A DNA stretch of 64,000 nucleotides, from the IMG/VR virus record IMGVR_UViG_2645727901_000008; one strand, written 5' to 3'. Each line of letters starts with the position of its first letter. Position 1 is the first letter of the stretch. The translations under genes and the position numbers were made by a program. The DNA comes from a virus. Taxonomy: Duplodnaviria > Heunggongvirae > Uroviricota > Caudoviricetes. This document shows, piece by piece, positions 1-10,541 of this stretch. Below the pieces are notes generated by a model that was not told where the DNA came from, searched no databases, and worked only from the letters and a program-made list of their open reading frames with translations.

Positions 1-1280
1 CTCCATGTGTTAGCCGTACTCAACAGGGGGATCTTTTCACCGCTGGTACCGAGTTCTCTTAAACCAAGGTATTGGATAACGGCCAGTGTGCTTGTTTTAG
101 CCAGAATATCGCGACCGACTGACGTTAAATCAGTCTGCGCTACCGTATCCTTATCAATGAAATAAGGCAGTTTGTTTGCACCAGTCGCAAGACCAGCAAG
201 CGCGGTTAAAGTTGCATCCAGAGGCTGTTTGCCTGCCAGCGCATTTGTCATTGTTGTCGCAAAGTTCGGGTCATTGCCCAGTGCTGCTGCAAGCTCATTC
301 AGGGTATCAAGAGCTTCAGGTGATGAGCCGATCAATGCAGAGATAGCAGCTCTTACATAAGCGGTCGTAGCAATCTGCGTGTTATTCGTACCCTGTGCAG
401 CGGTAGGCGCAGTAGGTATTCCCGTTAATGCAGGGCTTGCTAAAGGCGCTTTGAGAGCCAGGGCATTGTTGATAGTTGTGCTGAAATTCGGGTCGTTATT
501 GATCGCAGCCGCTATTTCTTTCAGCGTGTCCATCGTTCCCGGAGCACCATTGATAAGCGCATTTATAGCAGCATAGACAAAGGCCGCATTTGCGATCTGT
601 GTGTTGTTTGTACCGGGTTCAGGTGTTGGCGAAGTCGGCGTACCTGACAGATGCGGACTATCGAGCGGAGCTTTTGTATCAACCAAATCATGGAGAGTTT
701 TGACAGCCAGAGGTGTAGCCGCTTTTCTTTCTTCTGTACTGCTTATTTCATTAGAGAATTCGACACCAACAGCACGGTTAACTCGGTATTTAAGCACAAT
801 CATTTCTTTAGTCACAGCCGTTGCGCCGCTAGGCACGATAACTCGACATAATTCAATTTGATTCTGCCCAATAGTATTGTCCGTACGCACGTAAATTCTT
901 GCAGCGCTGACAGAAGATGCGCTATCTACCTGTGTCGTTTTTACACCATGTTCAAAATTGGCTTCCAGCACAATAATGTTGGTAGCCCCAGCCTTTACCG
1001 AGACAGTCACATCTTCTATTTGCTGAACGGATATCTGAACATTATTTACATCTACTGAAGCAGCCCCTTTACCTTCTGAGTTTTCAGAAGTTATACGGAC
1101 GCTCAACCCTGTGCCGGGAACTGGTTCAAATCCACAGTAAAAGCCAGGCAAAACAATATTTTTAAGTTTTCTGTTAAGAGCCGAACTACTATAGAGTTCG
1201 AAATATTGAACATCAGCAAGCAACGGCTGTGAGACACCAGAGGATAGTGTCATTATGTTGTTCGTTTTATCAGCCCCCAT
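1..1280 (-). CDS. Tail fiber protein, N-terminal (constant) part; partial ORF running off the window start
   Basis: Reverse-strand ATG at 1280-1278 (MGADKTNNIMTLSS...), no stop before position 1; translation contains P2 gpH / P1 S / Mu S-type motifs (APLxSPxLTGxPTAPTAxQGTNNTQIATTAYV, NELAAALGNDPNF, ATLTALAGL). Not in ORF track because no stop lies inside the window. Confidence 0.85.
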   Translation of the reverse strand, partial: MGADKTNNIMTLSSGVSQPLLADVQYFELYSSSALNRKLKNIVLPGFYCGFEPVPGTGLSVRITSENSEGKGAASVDVNNVQISVQQIEDVTVSVKAGATNIIVLEANFEHGVKTTQVDSASSVSAARIYVRTDNTIGQNQIELCRVIVPSGATAVTKEMIVLKYRVNRAVGVEFSNEISSTEERKAATPLAVKTLHDLVDTKAPLDSPHLSGTPTSPTPEPGTNNTQIANAAFVYAAINALINGAPGTMDTLKEIAAAINNDPNFSTTINNALALKAPLASPALTGIPTAPTAAQGTNNTQIATTAYVRAAISALIGSSPEALDTLNELAAALGNDPNFATTMTNALAGKQPLDATLTALAGLATGANKLPYFIDKDTVAQTDLTSVGRDILAKTSTLAVIQYLGLRELGTSGEKIPLLSTANTW

Positions 1281-1282
1281 AA

Positions 1283-1729
1283 TCAACCCTCAACTTGCTC
1301 GATTGTCATGAGAATACTGTAACGTTTACCTTTATAGAGGGTATCTTGCTGGGTGCAAAGCACACCAAAAGCCTGTTCCTCAGCATCAACAAGCACAAGC
1401 GTGTTAAAGTCGTAAGGCGTGTTATCCGGCATTCTTTCTTGAGGGAAGGCTGCATTGATAGTGATAATCCCATCCACACTGGACAATATCAGATCGGACA
1501 CTGCAAACTGTTGAGCATCACTCAATTTAAAATCGAGTGGAATGTCAGCTATATTCCAGCCTCCTGCACCATTAGCAGTTACCAGACTAGATTTGCACCA
1601 ATACGCCTTAGAGATAACAAAACGCGCACCTTTGCCGATCGCCGACTCAGCGCGGCGTGAATAATAGTAGGAAAGCAATTGCGCCTTATACAGGCGGTTA
1701 CCATCTCTTGCCTTTAAATTTTCAGCCAT
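1283..1729 (-). CDS. Hypothetical tail-fiber-associated protein
   Basis: 148-aa ORF immediately upstream of and co-oriented with the tail fiber gene; no recognisable motif. Confidence 0.5.
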   Translation of the reverse strand: MAENLKARDGNRLYKAQLLSYYYSRRAESAIGKGARFVISKAYWCKSSLVTANGAGGWNIADIPLDFKLSDAQQFAVSDLILSSVDGIITINAAFPQERMPDNTPYDFNTLVLVDAEEQAFGVLCTQQDTLYKGKRYSILMTIEQVEG

Positions 1730-1823
1730 ACGAACATAGCCCCTTCATAAGCAATGAACCAAAGGAGAGTATGCTCAGTTTGTGATTTCCGTTGTTCTTC
1801 CCCCAAATGCGGGGGAAGAATTA

Positions 1824-2669
1824 TTAAACAGGTTGAAGGTGGTAATCCAAAGGCCACGCATCGAGTGGGGTTACATCAAGATGTAATTGCTTTTCTGCCG
1901 TTCGGTTCGGTATGGCGTTAAGAGAAATATTGTCTACCTGGCAGGAGGTATCACTACGGGATAGCATATCAGCCATACTCTCAGTAACATAAACACCTTC
2001 AATTACCGAAACATCCGTAGACAAGCAATTTAGTATTTCTGCCACTTCAGGGAATACAGCACTAAGCCGAAACGAGACGCCATCAAAAACAATATGCAAT
2101 GGCAACAAAGGGGCTATTACTGTTTCGAAGTCAGATAACAATTTCTGCACAGCGGCTTCTTTATCCTGCTCTCCATATGAGCGATATAGCTTGTTCTGAT
2201 CAACAACGACCAGCCCCCTTGATGTCAGGAAGAACTCACCGAATTGAGCCTGTGCCGTAGGTATTTCTATTTCGGTCGCAAAATATGAACCATAGGGGTG
2301 TTTTTCTATATTTACAGGTGCATATAGCGGTTCCCAACTAACAGGAATACAACCGAATTCACGCCAGAATGTCTGCTCAATAGGCAAGATAGTGCCTTTA
2401 AAGTGCACTTCATCTAAACGTTGCGCCAGCAGCATTGGCCTACGGGCCTTATCTTTTTCAGTGATAACGAAAAAACGCCCGTATTCAGCAATGCGGGCAT
2501 CCATATCCTCACTGTCCATAGTGAAGAAGGATTTTCTGTTACTTATTCTTGTTAATATTGGTTCTACTGCCTCATTCCAGACATCTTGCAAAGCGTCTAT
2601 AAAGGCACTCCAGAGATGGGAATCCTGTTTTACTTTAGTTAATCGTTCCTTAAGCCAATTATCTTTCAT
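1824..2669 (-). CDS. Hypothetical virion (baseplate/tail) protein
   Basis: 281-aa ORF in the tail/baseplate operon; function from position only. Confidence 0.5.
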   Translation of the reverse strand: MKDNWLKERLTKVKQDSHLWSAFIDALQDVWNEAVEPILTRISNRKSFFTMDSEDMDARIAEYGRFFVITEKDKARRPMLLAQRLDEVHFKGTILPIEQTFWREFGCIPVSWEPLYAPVNIEKHPYGSYFATEIEIPTAQAQFGEFFLTSRGLVVVDQNKLYRSYGEQDKEAAVQKLLSDFETVIAPLLPLHIVFDGVSFRLSAVFPEVAEILNCLSTDVSVIEGVYVTESMADMLSRSDTSCQVDNISLNAIPNRTAEKQLHLDVTPLDAWPLDYHLQPV

Positions 2670-2679
2670 GCTAACCTCA

Positions 2680-4110
2680 TTACGGGTAAGAAATGCTGAA
2701 CGTTGAAGATTTCACGTCAAGATAAATGAAGTCATTAAAGTAAACAGCATCTTTCATATTTTGTATTGTTATGTCGTAAGACAGAAACATGTCCAGAGAC
2801 TCTATTACTCGCCAAATATCTTTAACTTTTACCTGTGCATAACATTGCTGGGAATCATCATCACTCTGTAGTAATAAACTGAATGATGACGAATCACGGC
2901 CAAAATTATCTTCCAACGCTGCTTTAATAGCATTTTGAGCATCGTCTATCAGAACATTTTTACGTGCAATACCTATAAAATTTATAGTAAATGGCTGTTC
3001 ATTTGTATCTACATACTCGAACCGCTTGTTCAACTCATTTGGAACATTCTCTAGAGCTTTCAGTATTTCTGATTTTAGCTGAGCCTGGCTTACACCCGGC
3101 TTATGTCCGCAAAAGAAAATTTTGTTGATGTTTCGAACGTCAAACCCAGTTATTTTCTCTTGTAACGCTTCGCCCCAAACGTTCAACCATGAAGTTCCAT
3201 GAACAACATTCTGAATGAATTGGCGATAATCACCGCCCCATATCACTTGTTCATCGTATGCAACATAATACTGAGCACGATTTCGAGTTTCTTCTGTAGT
3301 TTCCATACCACTACCACCGGTAATGATCGAATCTGTTTTAAACTCTAGTGACTCCACATATTGAGCGATATTTCCAGCCGGTTCTAACTTTTGTCCTTCA
3401 GCCAAAGTATAGTCGCCAAGGCTAGCCATAACATCGATTCGAACCTGACAGCCTGCTGGAGGCATCATACCCATAGAACCATCACCAAACTTGACTCCAA
3501 GTTGTTCTGTAGGTTTATATGCCAATGAATAGTGCTTACTCTTGTCTCTGGACATTCTAAATAATGGGTTATATGTCCATTTTTCTTCTACGCCATCTGT
3601 AATAATATAAACATCCAGGCTAGAGACTTCTTTTGTTAACTCTCTGGAAAGCAACAATGTCAGAAATAAAGTTTCCTTCTCAATATCAAATGTAACGCTA
3701 ACAGCTTCATGCTGTTTAGTTTCTACGCCAGAAACAGTTCCTCCAGCAGGAATTACAACACTGTTAATAATTGCCAAAGGTGTTTGGTCATTGGCAAGCA
3801 ATTCAGCCCCGGCTGGCAACGTAATATCCCGATCAGTTTTATTGGTTATAGACGTTGTTCCGTATGAAGCACTAACAAATCGCCCTACGTAGCTACGGTC
3901 TTCAGCAACCGCTAAAATACTTGAGCGGCGCGTAGCCGTTGAAATAAGTCCCTCAGTGAGGCCGCGGCTTGCAAATGTACGGGCAATATAAATAAGCTGT
4001 GATCCGAATATAGCGTGCATCTGCACAAACTGACTATTTACAAATCGTGACCACCATGTGTTTTCATTTAACTTGGCATTAAATTTGTCCAGTAATTCTG
4101 TAATCGTCAC
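2680..4110 (-). CDS. Putative baseplate protein (J-like?)
   Basis: 476-aa ORF between a gp25/W-like gene and the tail fiber genes; 4-nt overlap with the upstream ORF suggests coupling. Confidence 0.5.
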   Translation of the reverse strand: MTITELLDKFNAKLNENTWWSRFVNSQFVQMHAIFGSQLIYIARTFASRGLTEGLISTATRRSSILAVAEDRSYVGRFVSASYGTTSITNKTDRDITLPAGAELLANDQTPLAIINSVVIPAGGTVSGVETKQHEAVSVTFDIEKETLFLTLLLSRELTKEVSSLDVYIITDGVEEKWTYNPLFRMSRDKSKHYSLAYKPTEQLGVKFGDGSMGMMPPAGCQVRIDVMASLGDYTLAEGQKLEPAGNIAQYVESLEFKTDSIITGGSGMETTEETRNRAQYYVAYDEQVIWGGDYRQFIQNVVHGTSWLNVWGEALQEKITGFDVRNINKIFFCGHKPGVSQAQLKSEILKALENVPNELNKRFEYVDTNEQPFTINFIGIARKNVLIDDAQNAIKAALEDNFGRDSSSFSLLLQSDDDSQQCYAQVKVKDIWRVIESLDMFLSYDITIQNMKDAVYFNDFIYLDVKSSTFSISYP

Positions 4111-4481
4111 GCGCCCACCCCACTTGATTTCTGCATAACAATATCCATGCTCCCACCTTTCGCATAAAAACTAATTAATAAAGAATCTTCAGAAATTGAT
4201 GTGCAACGAATCCCCTGCACATCCAAACCTGGCAAGTCTTGTCGTAGTTTTTTCATCATTCTCCCTTCAATAGCCACTTCAACTATGTGCGAAGTTTCAG
4301 AGCCGAATGGTTCATGCTTAAATTCTTCCATTGGATTCCCCCAAGAGGGTAAACCATAAACACTCCCTTCAGGGGTTCGTAGCCACTCGTCAAGTCGGGC
4401 CATCCATGCTGCGGTACTTCCTTCTGCAATAATGACACCGCTCTCATTCGTTTGAAGTCTTGCGTCTATTTCATAAAGCAT
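4107..4481 (-). CDS. Putative baseplate wedge protein (GPW/gp25-like)
   Basis: 124-aa ORF of the size and position of gp25/W-family proteins, directly downstream of the giant virion protein; assignment tentative. Confidence 0.45.
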   Translation of the reverse strand: MLYEIDARLQTNESGVIIAEGSTAAWMARLDEWLRTPEGSVYGLPSWGNPMEEFKHEPFGSETSHIVEVAIEGRMMKKLRQDLPGLDVQGIRCTSISEDSLLISFYAKGGSMDIVMQKSSGVGA

Positions 4482-4486
4482 CTGTA

Positions 4487-7400
4487 TTAATCCTCAAGCA
4501 GAGCATCCAGCGACGGGTCATTAATAGTTGTGCTAGCACGTGGTCGCGGTTGCGGCTGCGATGTTTTGACAACCTTATCCGGATCGCCTTTTGTATTGTT
4601 CTTGTTCACATTCAGAAGATCGTTCAGGATAGAGCAGATGTTATCCAGCGCCTTCAACATAGCAGGATCGTTATTTATAGTGTCAGTAGTTAATGGTTGT
4701 CTTATTCCGCTTCGTGCGAGATCTGTTACAGTAGGAAGCTGTGGTGGCAAAGCAAGAAAAGGTTCTTGCACGGCTGACGCAGAGCCAAATATGGCATTAT
4801 TGGCTTCGTTTGATATACCTCTAATGCTATCTGCGGTTTGTTGAATACCATTATTCAGCCAACTACCGGCGCTCTTGGTAAGCGGGCTAATAGCCCTGGC
4901 AATTGTTGAGTTCTGCCCAGTAGCCTGATAAACCAAATCATTAACAATACCTGTGCCATCTACCCCACCAATAAGTTGTGAAACGTTATCGCCAATTGCA
5001 GGTAACACAGCAGAGCTAATACGTTTCAGACCTGTTAATGACGAGTCAAACAAAGAGCCAAGCACCCCCTTATCTTCACCATCAATTACCTTGTATCCAT
5101 TGTCATAAACTGGAATCCCCCTTGAGTTTACAGAGATTTTTTCACTCTCACTTGCCGAAGAAACACCGGAGAGAAGATCCACTGAAGGCATATCGCGTTC
5201 AGCTTTTGGTCTTTTTTGTAAAGCGTCTCTTATATCAGTTACCTGGCTTGCTTTTTGAAATCCAAAAGATTTACCGGTTAAGCTGGATATCTTTTCAGTA
5301 AGAGCCTGATCCATTCCTTTCGCTTTTTCGGAAAGCGAAGATATGGAACCAAACGAAGTCGCCGACGCAAAATCCTTAATCAGGCCAAGGTTTGTACCAG
5401 CAAGGCTGGTAGCCGCACCTCCAAATAAATTACCTACCCCGCTGTCATTTATAGCGATTAATCTCTCAAGCAGACTTGATGGCGAGCCAGTATTAACATC
5501 AACAATCTCTGGATTAATCGGTTGCGATTGATTGCCTGTTTTTTGTGGCTTTTTGACTGCCTGGGCATGTTGTGCAACCTCAATTGGCTGTTGTGTTGCT
5601 GTCGGAACGGCATTCAAAACTGGTTGAGCTGGAGATTTTCCATTAGCATATTTTACCTTGCGACCAACACTATATTGCGAATCGCGGGCAATTAGCTGAC
5701 CACCATTTTCTTTCTGAATTTTATTAATCCGCGCCAATGTTTCGTCAGAGAATTGTCCCTCCCATCGACCAGTGTTAGTGTTAAATGCTCCAAGTGCATT
5801 CTTAATGAACTCATTATTAACTGCCGGATTTCCGCCTTCTTTCGTCGCAATTGCACGAACTAATTGCGTCATAACCTCTGGGTTGCTGACATCTATTTTT
5901 TCATTAGGCGATACACCAAGATATTTACTGACGTTATCAATATATTGGTTAGTATTGTTCTCATTTGGCGGTGCCCATTTTGAAATGATGCTGGATACCG
6001 TCTGTAACTTCTGATATCCCGCTGCAGCACTGGTGCCGTTGTAATAGCTGGAAACCTGGTTTGCCAGTGCCCTGATCCCTTCTTCAGGTGTGTTAAATCG
6101 CGCAAAACGTTGTTCACCCTTTGCATTTGGCGATTCCAGCGTCGCCCCTTCCTGGTTGGCAAAAACAAGATTACCGAGATTATTATTTCGGTAATTGCGG
6201 TTTTTAGCGTTGCTGCCGCCAATATTCAGATCCGCTGCAATGGTGTTGTTGGCAGGTGCACTAAATTCAGTTGGAGAAGTATACCCGTGCTCACCAACTC
6301 CATCCTCGCCATTACGCCCACCTTGTAATTGTTCACCTAGAGAATGAATCGCATCGACAGTTTTTTTGGTGCCGTCTTCAACAGCTTTTTTTACTTGTTT
6401 CGTGTTTTCGTCAGTGGATAAAAATGTATCCTTAAGGCTACCAAAAACAGATTTGGTGATATCTACCGCGCCGTTAACACCACGAGCAATATCTCCGGTA
6501 TCAAAATTCTGAAGTTTTTCACCTGCTCTTTCAAATCCTAGCGCAGAAATTCCTTTCCCTATCAAGTTCGTTGCGCCCGACACCAAGCCACCCATATCGA
6601 GCACATTAGCTGTTGCGTAAGCCGTTTTTTGCTGTTCGGATACAGCATCATCGTCACTTAAACCAAAGGCTGCCTTTTGCGCCTCTGTATCTGTGTAACC
6701 ATCTATGGCGTCATATCCAGCCATTGCCAGCGAACCGATGATAGGGACCGCTCTTGCCGCTGTGGATGCTGCTGATTTAACACCTATTTTTGCTGCACTT
6801 TTGAGGGCTACAGATTCAGTTTTTTTCTTTGCAATGACTTCGCCGGTTTTAATGGTGGCATCTTCAGCCACAACACCAGCTGACTTCACGGCCTTAGCAG
6901 TATTTTTTGTTTCCTTTGCAATCCCCTTTGATGTATCGCTGATAGTGCTTACATCTTTGGGTTTGCTGATCTTATTTTTAACTACTTTTGCTGCTCCGAC
7001 ACCAGTGCCAGCCGCAGCGCTACCGGCAGCAACTTTTTCGCCAGCGGAGAGTGCTTTTTTCCCAAGATTGCGGCCTTTCCTTTTCGATTTGTTCCGTTTA
7101 TTTTTTCCCGTCTGATCACCAATATTGATTTTATTTCTTCTGCTTGCTCGATTTTTCCAGAGATCACTTAAGCCGAACTTATTTCCAGAAGACACTGATT
7201 TCCGAAGCTTAACTATCTCGTCAGAAACATTTTCCAGACCATCAATTATTTTGTTGTCATTGGTCTGAAGGATTTTGGTTTGCTCTTCTACTGCTTGTGC
7301 GGATTTTGTCTCAACAGCGTTATTGAATGCTTTTGCAGATGTTGCTTTTTGAGAATTCACCGCCGCCGGATAAGTAATTACTGGTGATATCGCTTTCGAG

Positions 7401-8269
7401 GTTGATGTTTCTTTTTTCCCCTTTTCTACCAATTCTTTAAGAGATTCTGCTTTACCTGTGATCTCTTTAGTTATGTCGTACATGCCACGAGCCGCCATCC
7501 ATAACGGCCCACCAGCACCGACACCAGCTGCATTTGTTAAAGACTCTTCACTGGAAGACTGATTGCCATCTACCCCCATAATGGAACCTAGCTTTCTGAG
7601 AAAGCCAGCTTGTAATTTTGCGTCGGCTTTACGTGCGTTCTGCAATTCTTTTTTTCTGGCTACATCCTCATTGCTTTTTTGGGATACAAAACGTCCATTA
7701 CTATCCCGCAGCGGGCCTTTTAGACTTTGGGGGGATTGTGGTTCAAGAGGGGCTGAATTAGCAGCTACCGGTATAAAACCGTCCGATTTTCGGATGGTCT
7801 GACGTGATTGCACGGAGCGAACACTTTCTTGTGTGTTCGTTGCAACGATAGAGCGGTCCACGGTTTGGTTTATCGGTGCCCTTTCCTTTTTAGCAGGGAG
7901 ACGTTTTTTATATGGGTTAGTTTGGACATCTCTAACGCTATCAGATGTACTTTGCTCGTAGTCTTTACGCCTGCGTGATAGTCTGTTGCTAACTCTGCCT
8001 TGCCTTTCGTCCTGTTGAGTTATGGTGCTTGCCCCAGAAAGAATGGCGTCTTTTACCTCAGCAAGAGCTTTAAGTTCGTTTGTGCTCGCCTCCTGAATAG
8101 CGTCAATTATTGCGATACGGTTTTTATTCTCTTTCAAAATAACCTCTCTTTTACCAGCGCGATCAACGTTTCCCGGCTTGAGCTTTGTATTTTTCTTCCA
8201 GGGCTTTTGACATATGGAGTGCTCGCCATTGCGGTAATTGTTCAACGTCGCTAACGGGCTGATATCCAT
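4487..8269 (-). CDS. Large virion protein, tape-measure-like / P1 Sit-like with a putative peptidoglycan-hydrolase segment
   Basis: 1260-aa ORF, Lys/Ala/Gly-rich low-complexity central region, segment 'FARFNTPEEGIRALANQVSSYY...KWAPPNENNTNQYIDNV' resembling cell-wall hydrolase domains of virion proteins; position between baseplate genes and replicon. Confidence 0.6.
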   Translation of the reverse strand: MDISPLATLNNYRNGEHSICQKPWKKNTKLKPGNVDRAGKREVILKENKNRIAIIDAIQEASTNELKALAEVKDAILSGASTITQQDERQGRVSNRLSRRRKDYEQSTSDSVRDVQTNPYKKRLPAKKERAPINQTVDRSIVATNTQESVRSVQSRQTIRKSDGFIPVAANSAPLEPQSPQSLKGPLRDSNGRFVSQKSNEDVARKKELQNARKADAKLQAGFLRKLGSIMGVDGNQSSSEESLTNAAGVGAGGPLWMAARGMYDITKEITGKAESLKELVEKGKKETSTSKAISPVITYPAAVNSQKATSAKAFNNAVETKSAQAVEEQTKILQTNDNKIIDGLENVSDEIVKLRKSVSSGNKFGLSDLWKNRASRRNKINIGDQTGKNKRNKSKRKGRNLGKKALSAGEKVAAGSAAAGTGVGAAKVVKNKISKPKDVSTISDTSKGIAKETKNTAKAVKSAGVVAEDATIKTGEVIAKKKTESVALKSAAKIGVKSAASTAARAVPIIGSLAMAGYDAIDGYTDTEAQKAAFGLSDDDAVSEQQKTAYATANVLDMGGLVSGATNLIGKGISALGFERAGEKLQNFDTGDIARGVNGAVDITKSVFGSLKDTFLSTDENTKQVKKAVEDGTKKTVDAIHSLGEQLQGGRNGEDGVGEHGYTSPTEFSAPANNTIAADLNIGGSNAKNRNYRNNNLGNLVFANQEGATLESPNAKGEQRFARFNTPEEGIRALANQVSSYYNGTSAAAGYQKLQTVSSIISKWAPPNENNTNQYIDNVSKYLGVSPNEKIDVSNPEVMTQLVRAIATKEGGNPAVNNEFIKNALGAFNTNTGRWEGQFSDETLARINKIQKENGGQLIARDSQYSVGRKVKYANGKSPAQPVLNAVPTATQQPIEVAQHAQAVKKPQKTGNQSQPINPEIVDVNTGSPSSLLERLIAINDSGVGNLFGGAATSLAGTNLGLIKDFASATSFGSISSLSEKAKGMDQALTEKISSLTGKSFGFQKASQVTDIRDALQKRPKAERDMPSVDLLSGVSSASESEKISVNSRGIPVYDNGYKVIDGEDKGVLGSLFDSSLTGLKRISSAVLPAIGDNVSQLIGGVDGTGIVNDLVYQATGQNSTIARAISPLTKSAGSWLNNGIQQTADSIRGISNEANNAIFGSASAVQEPFLALPPQLPTVTDLARSGIRQPLTTDTINNDPAMLKALDNICSILNDLLNVNKNNTKGDPDKVVKTSQPQPRPRASTTINDPSLDALLED

Positions 8270-8283
8270 ATAGAGTCAGGTTG

Positions 8284-9105
8284 TTAATAATGGTTAGCCA
8301 TCCATTCAGATCTAATTGATGGGATAAACTCTCTATTGAGAAAGGGGACGTACAGTGTGGTTGTCACATCTGCACCCTCCTTAGCGTTTTTGCAATGTTG
8401 CGGAGGCAGGATCAGTCGGCTTGTGCCTCTCTCAATAGACATTTTCAGGCCGTGGCGTAGGTCTTTTTGCATAAGCTGTATGCGAGCCACAAGCGGTGTA
8501 AACTCGGTTTCAAGCGCCATGCTTTCAATGATGTCGAAGCGTCGGTTAGCTGCTTGAGTGAAGTCTTCCGGATCGTCGTCCAGTGCTGTGCATAAAGCGA
8601 GTTCTGCAATGCGCATACGGGCCACGCCTGCACTGTATTCAGGGCTTTTCATATCAGGAAGTGACGCACGCATACGTTCAAGGAGTTCCGCGCCTTTCCC
8701 GGTTAATGGTTTAAGTATCCAGTCAGTTGGTACGCCGTTTACCGGTACGTTGGTTTTTACGTAAGGCGGTACAGTGAGTATCTCTACTGTTTGAGCCAGA
8801 TCGCTCAGGTTTATATCGGCGTGATGCGTATTACCGCAGTGACTGCACTCATAGGAGTAGGTCATTACTGCATCGGGGCGCGAATTAACAAATATCCACC
8901 AAAGAGCAGTTCTGCGATCCTGAACTGTCCAGTTAGCACTGTCGTTAATTTCACCATCCTGCATAGAGTTAAGGTACTCTGTAGTAGTTGCCTCATCTTC
9001 TGCCGGGTTCAGGTCAGAATATTTCAGCGCATCCTTCACGGTAGGGGCGTGGAACTGAATTTCTGTCTCAGGACGGGAAGGCAATGGGAATTTTGGAATG
9101 TTCAA
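8284..9105 (-). CDS. Hypothetical protein
   Basis: 273-aa ORF between the Sit-like gene and the replication origin. Confidence 0.5.
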   Translation of the reverse strand: MNIPKFPLPSRPETEIQFHAPTVKDALKYSDLNPAEDEATTTEYLNSMQDGEINDSANWTVQDRRTALWWIFVNSRPDAVMTYSYECSHCGNTHHADINLSDLAQTVEILTVPPYVKTNVPVNGVPTDWILKPLTGKGAELLERMRASLPDMKSPEYSAGVARMRIAELALCTALDDDPEDFTQAANRRFDIIESMALETEFTPLVARIQLMQKDLRHGLKMSIERGTSRLILPPQHCKNAKEGADVTTTLYVPFLNREFIPSIRSEWMANHY

Positions 9106-9210
9106 TTATTCCTCCGAAAAGCAGGTATCTGTTCATTTTCCAGAGGATAGGGAGTGTGTGATTTGCGATGGGGATTGAATGAAGATCTTTGCTAGTCGAG
9201 AAGCGATTAT

Positions 9211-9229
9211 TGAGGGTGATTTTTACACC
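9211..9229. repeat. Inverted-orientation iteron copy (tgagggtgatttttacacc)
   Basis: Reverse complement of the repA iteron consensus ggtgtaaRaTTtgccctcaa. Confidence 0.5.
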
Positions 9230-9246
9230 TTAAGTGACGCTACTCA

Positions 9247-9255
9247 CATATCCAC
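9247..9255. promoter_or_regulatory. DnaA-box-like sequence (ATATCCACA)
   Basis: 8/9 match to TTATCCACA in the AT-rich region upstream of the iterons. Confidence 0.35.
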
Positions 9256-9351
9256 AGAGTATTTTTATAAACCTTTTTCCATTTTTAATCCTTTTTAGAT
9301 CCTTTTTAGGCGTCGCTGGAGCCAGTAGTGGCGCGGGCTGTAGAGGAGGCT

Positions 9352-9469
9352 GGTGTAAGATTTGCCCTCAATTAAATACGATCGGTGTAAGATTCGCCCT
9401 CAAAAGGTGTAAGATTTGCCCTCAAAAGGTGTAGTAATTGCCCTCAAAGTGATGTAAAAATTGCCCTCA
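9352..9469 (+). repeat. Origin iteron array: five direct repeats (ggtgtaagatTtgccctcaa) at about 22-bp spacing
   Basis: Copies start near 9352, 9384, 9406, 9428, 9451, immediately upstream of repA. Confidence 0.8.
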
Positions 9470-9493
9470 CCATTCGAAGGAACACACAGGGTT

Positions 9494-10249
9494 ATGAACA
9501 GAGCGGAATTAACAGCAAAAGCCGTCAGCCTGATTGAGTCAGCGACACCTATTAGTCGTAGTTTGGCACAAGCCAATGAGATCACGGAGGCTGCTTATCA
9601 CCTGACTCGCGACCAAAAGCGACTGTTGTTTATTGTGGTGGGAAGACTTCGCTATGCTTCTAAGGATGGCGTTCTTGGTTCAGGTGCCTGTGAGTTGACG
9701 GTCAACGAATATGCAGAGATGTATAATTTGCCCTCTGCTGAAGCCAGCAAGGATATTCGTAAGGCCATTTCAGGGCTTAGCGAGAAGAAAGTTACGATAT
9801 ATAACCCTGATGAATCGACCGAATCAGAAGACAGTTATGAGTCTTATCCTTGGATGATTAAGGATGCCTATTCACCACGGCGCGGGACTTACATTATTCA
9901 TCTTAATCCATATCTCATGCCGTTTTTTACTCTGCTTGATAAGAGATTCACGAGGCTGAATTTTACCGAAGTATCTCGCCTTACAAATCCTTATTCTATG
10001 CGGCTTTATGAGTCCTTATGCCAGTACAGGAAGGATGATGGAAGCGGCTTTGCCATACTTGGCGTCGAATGGATGCGGGAGCGTTATGGGTTACCAAAAA
10101 GCTATCAGCGGTATGCCGAATTTAAGAGAAGTTTTTTAACGAAGGCTGTAGCAGAGATTGAAAAAAATACAAAAATGAAAATAGTCTTCTCAGAGGTGAC
10201 GGAAGGCGGAAAAGTTACCAGGATAAAATTTACCTATCAGCAGTCTTAA
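9494..10249 (+). CDS. repA: Iteron-binding plasmid replication initiator (Rep_3 family RepA)
   Basis: ATG at 9494 (track ORF starts at TTG 9461 inside the last iteron); C-terminal region (RLYESLCQY..., FKRSFLTKAVAEIEKNTKMKIVF..., KVTRIKFTY) resembles pi/RepE/pSC101-RepA proteins; flanked by iterons. Confidence 0.85.
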   Translation: MNRAELTAKAVSLIESATPISRSLAQANEITEAAYHLTRDQKRLLFIVVGRLRYASKDGVLGSGACELTVNEYAEMYNLPSAEASKDIRKAISGLSEKKVTIYNPDESTESEDSYESYPWMIKDAYSPRRGTYIIHLNPYLMPFFTLLDKRFTRLNFTEVSRLTNPYSMRLYESLCQYRKDDGSGFAILGVEWMRERYGLPKSYQRYAEFKRSFLTKAVAEIEKNTKMKIVFSEVTEGGKVTRIKFTYQQS

Positions 10250-10541
10250 GGGCAATTTTTACACCCTTCTCAAGGTGTAGAATTTGCCCTTAACGATCGG
10301 CAATTGAGGGCAATTTTTACATCTTAATTGCATGTATCTTGTTATTAGCAAGTTGTGTTTTTATATAACGTATTGATATGTAAGGATTATGTAAAAATCA
10401 CCCTCAACCAATATCGTGCGTATCGTGCATTCTTATTGCGCTTTTTTATTATCATTCACTGTGTTAACTGATTGATATTATTGAAATGTGTAAAGAATGC
10501 CTTCATTACAGATGAATTGATGATGTAAAAAATGCCCTCAA
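10249..10541. repeat. Downstream iteron cluster in mixed orientation (possible copy-control locus)
   Basis: Iteron-like copies at about 10249, 10274, 10305, 10391, 10522. Confidence 0.6.

Noticed and set aside
6705-7115. Plus-strand ORFs inside the large minus-strand virion gene (e.g. 6705..7115, 5038..5301, 5772..6014)
   Set aside because: Low-complexity shadow ORFs antisense to a long, well-supported coding region; no RBS or independent support.
9352-9469. Regularly spaced direct repeats that could superficially resemble a CRISPR array
   Set aside because: Only five copies with about 2-bp variable gaps (22-bp periodicity), immediately upstream of a Rep_3 initiator gene and repeated in inverted orientation downstream: these are plasmid iterons. 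No cas genes in the window.
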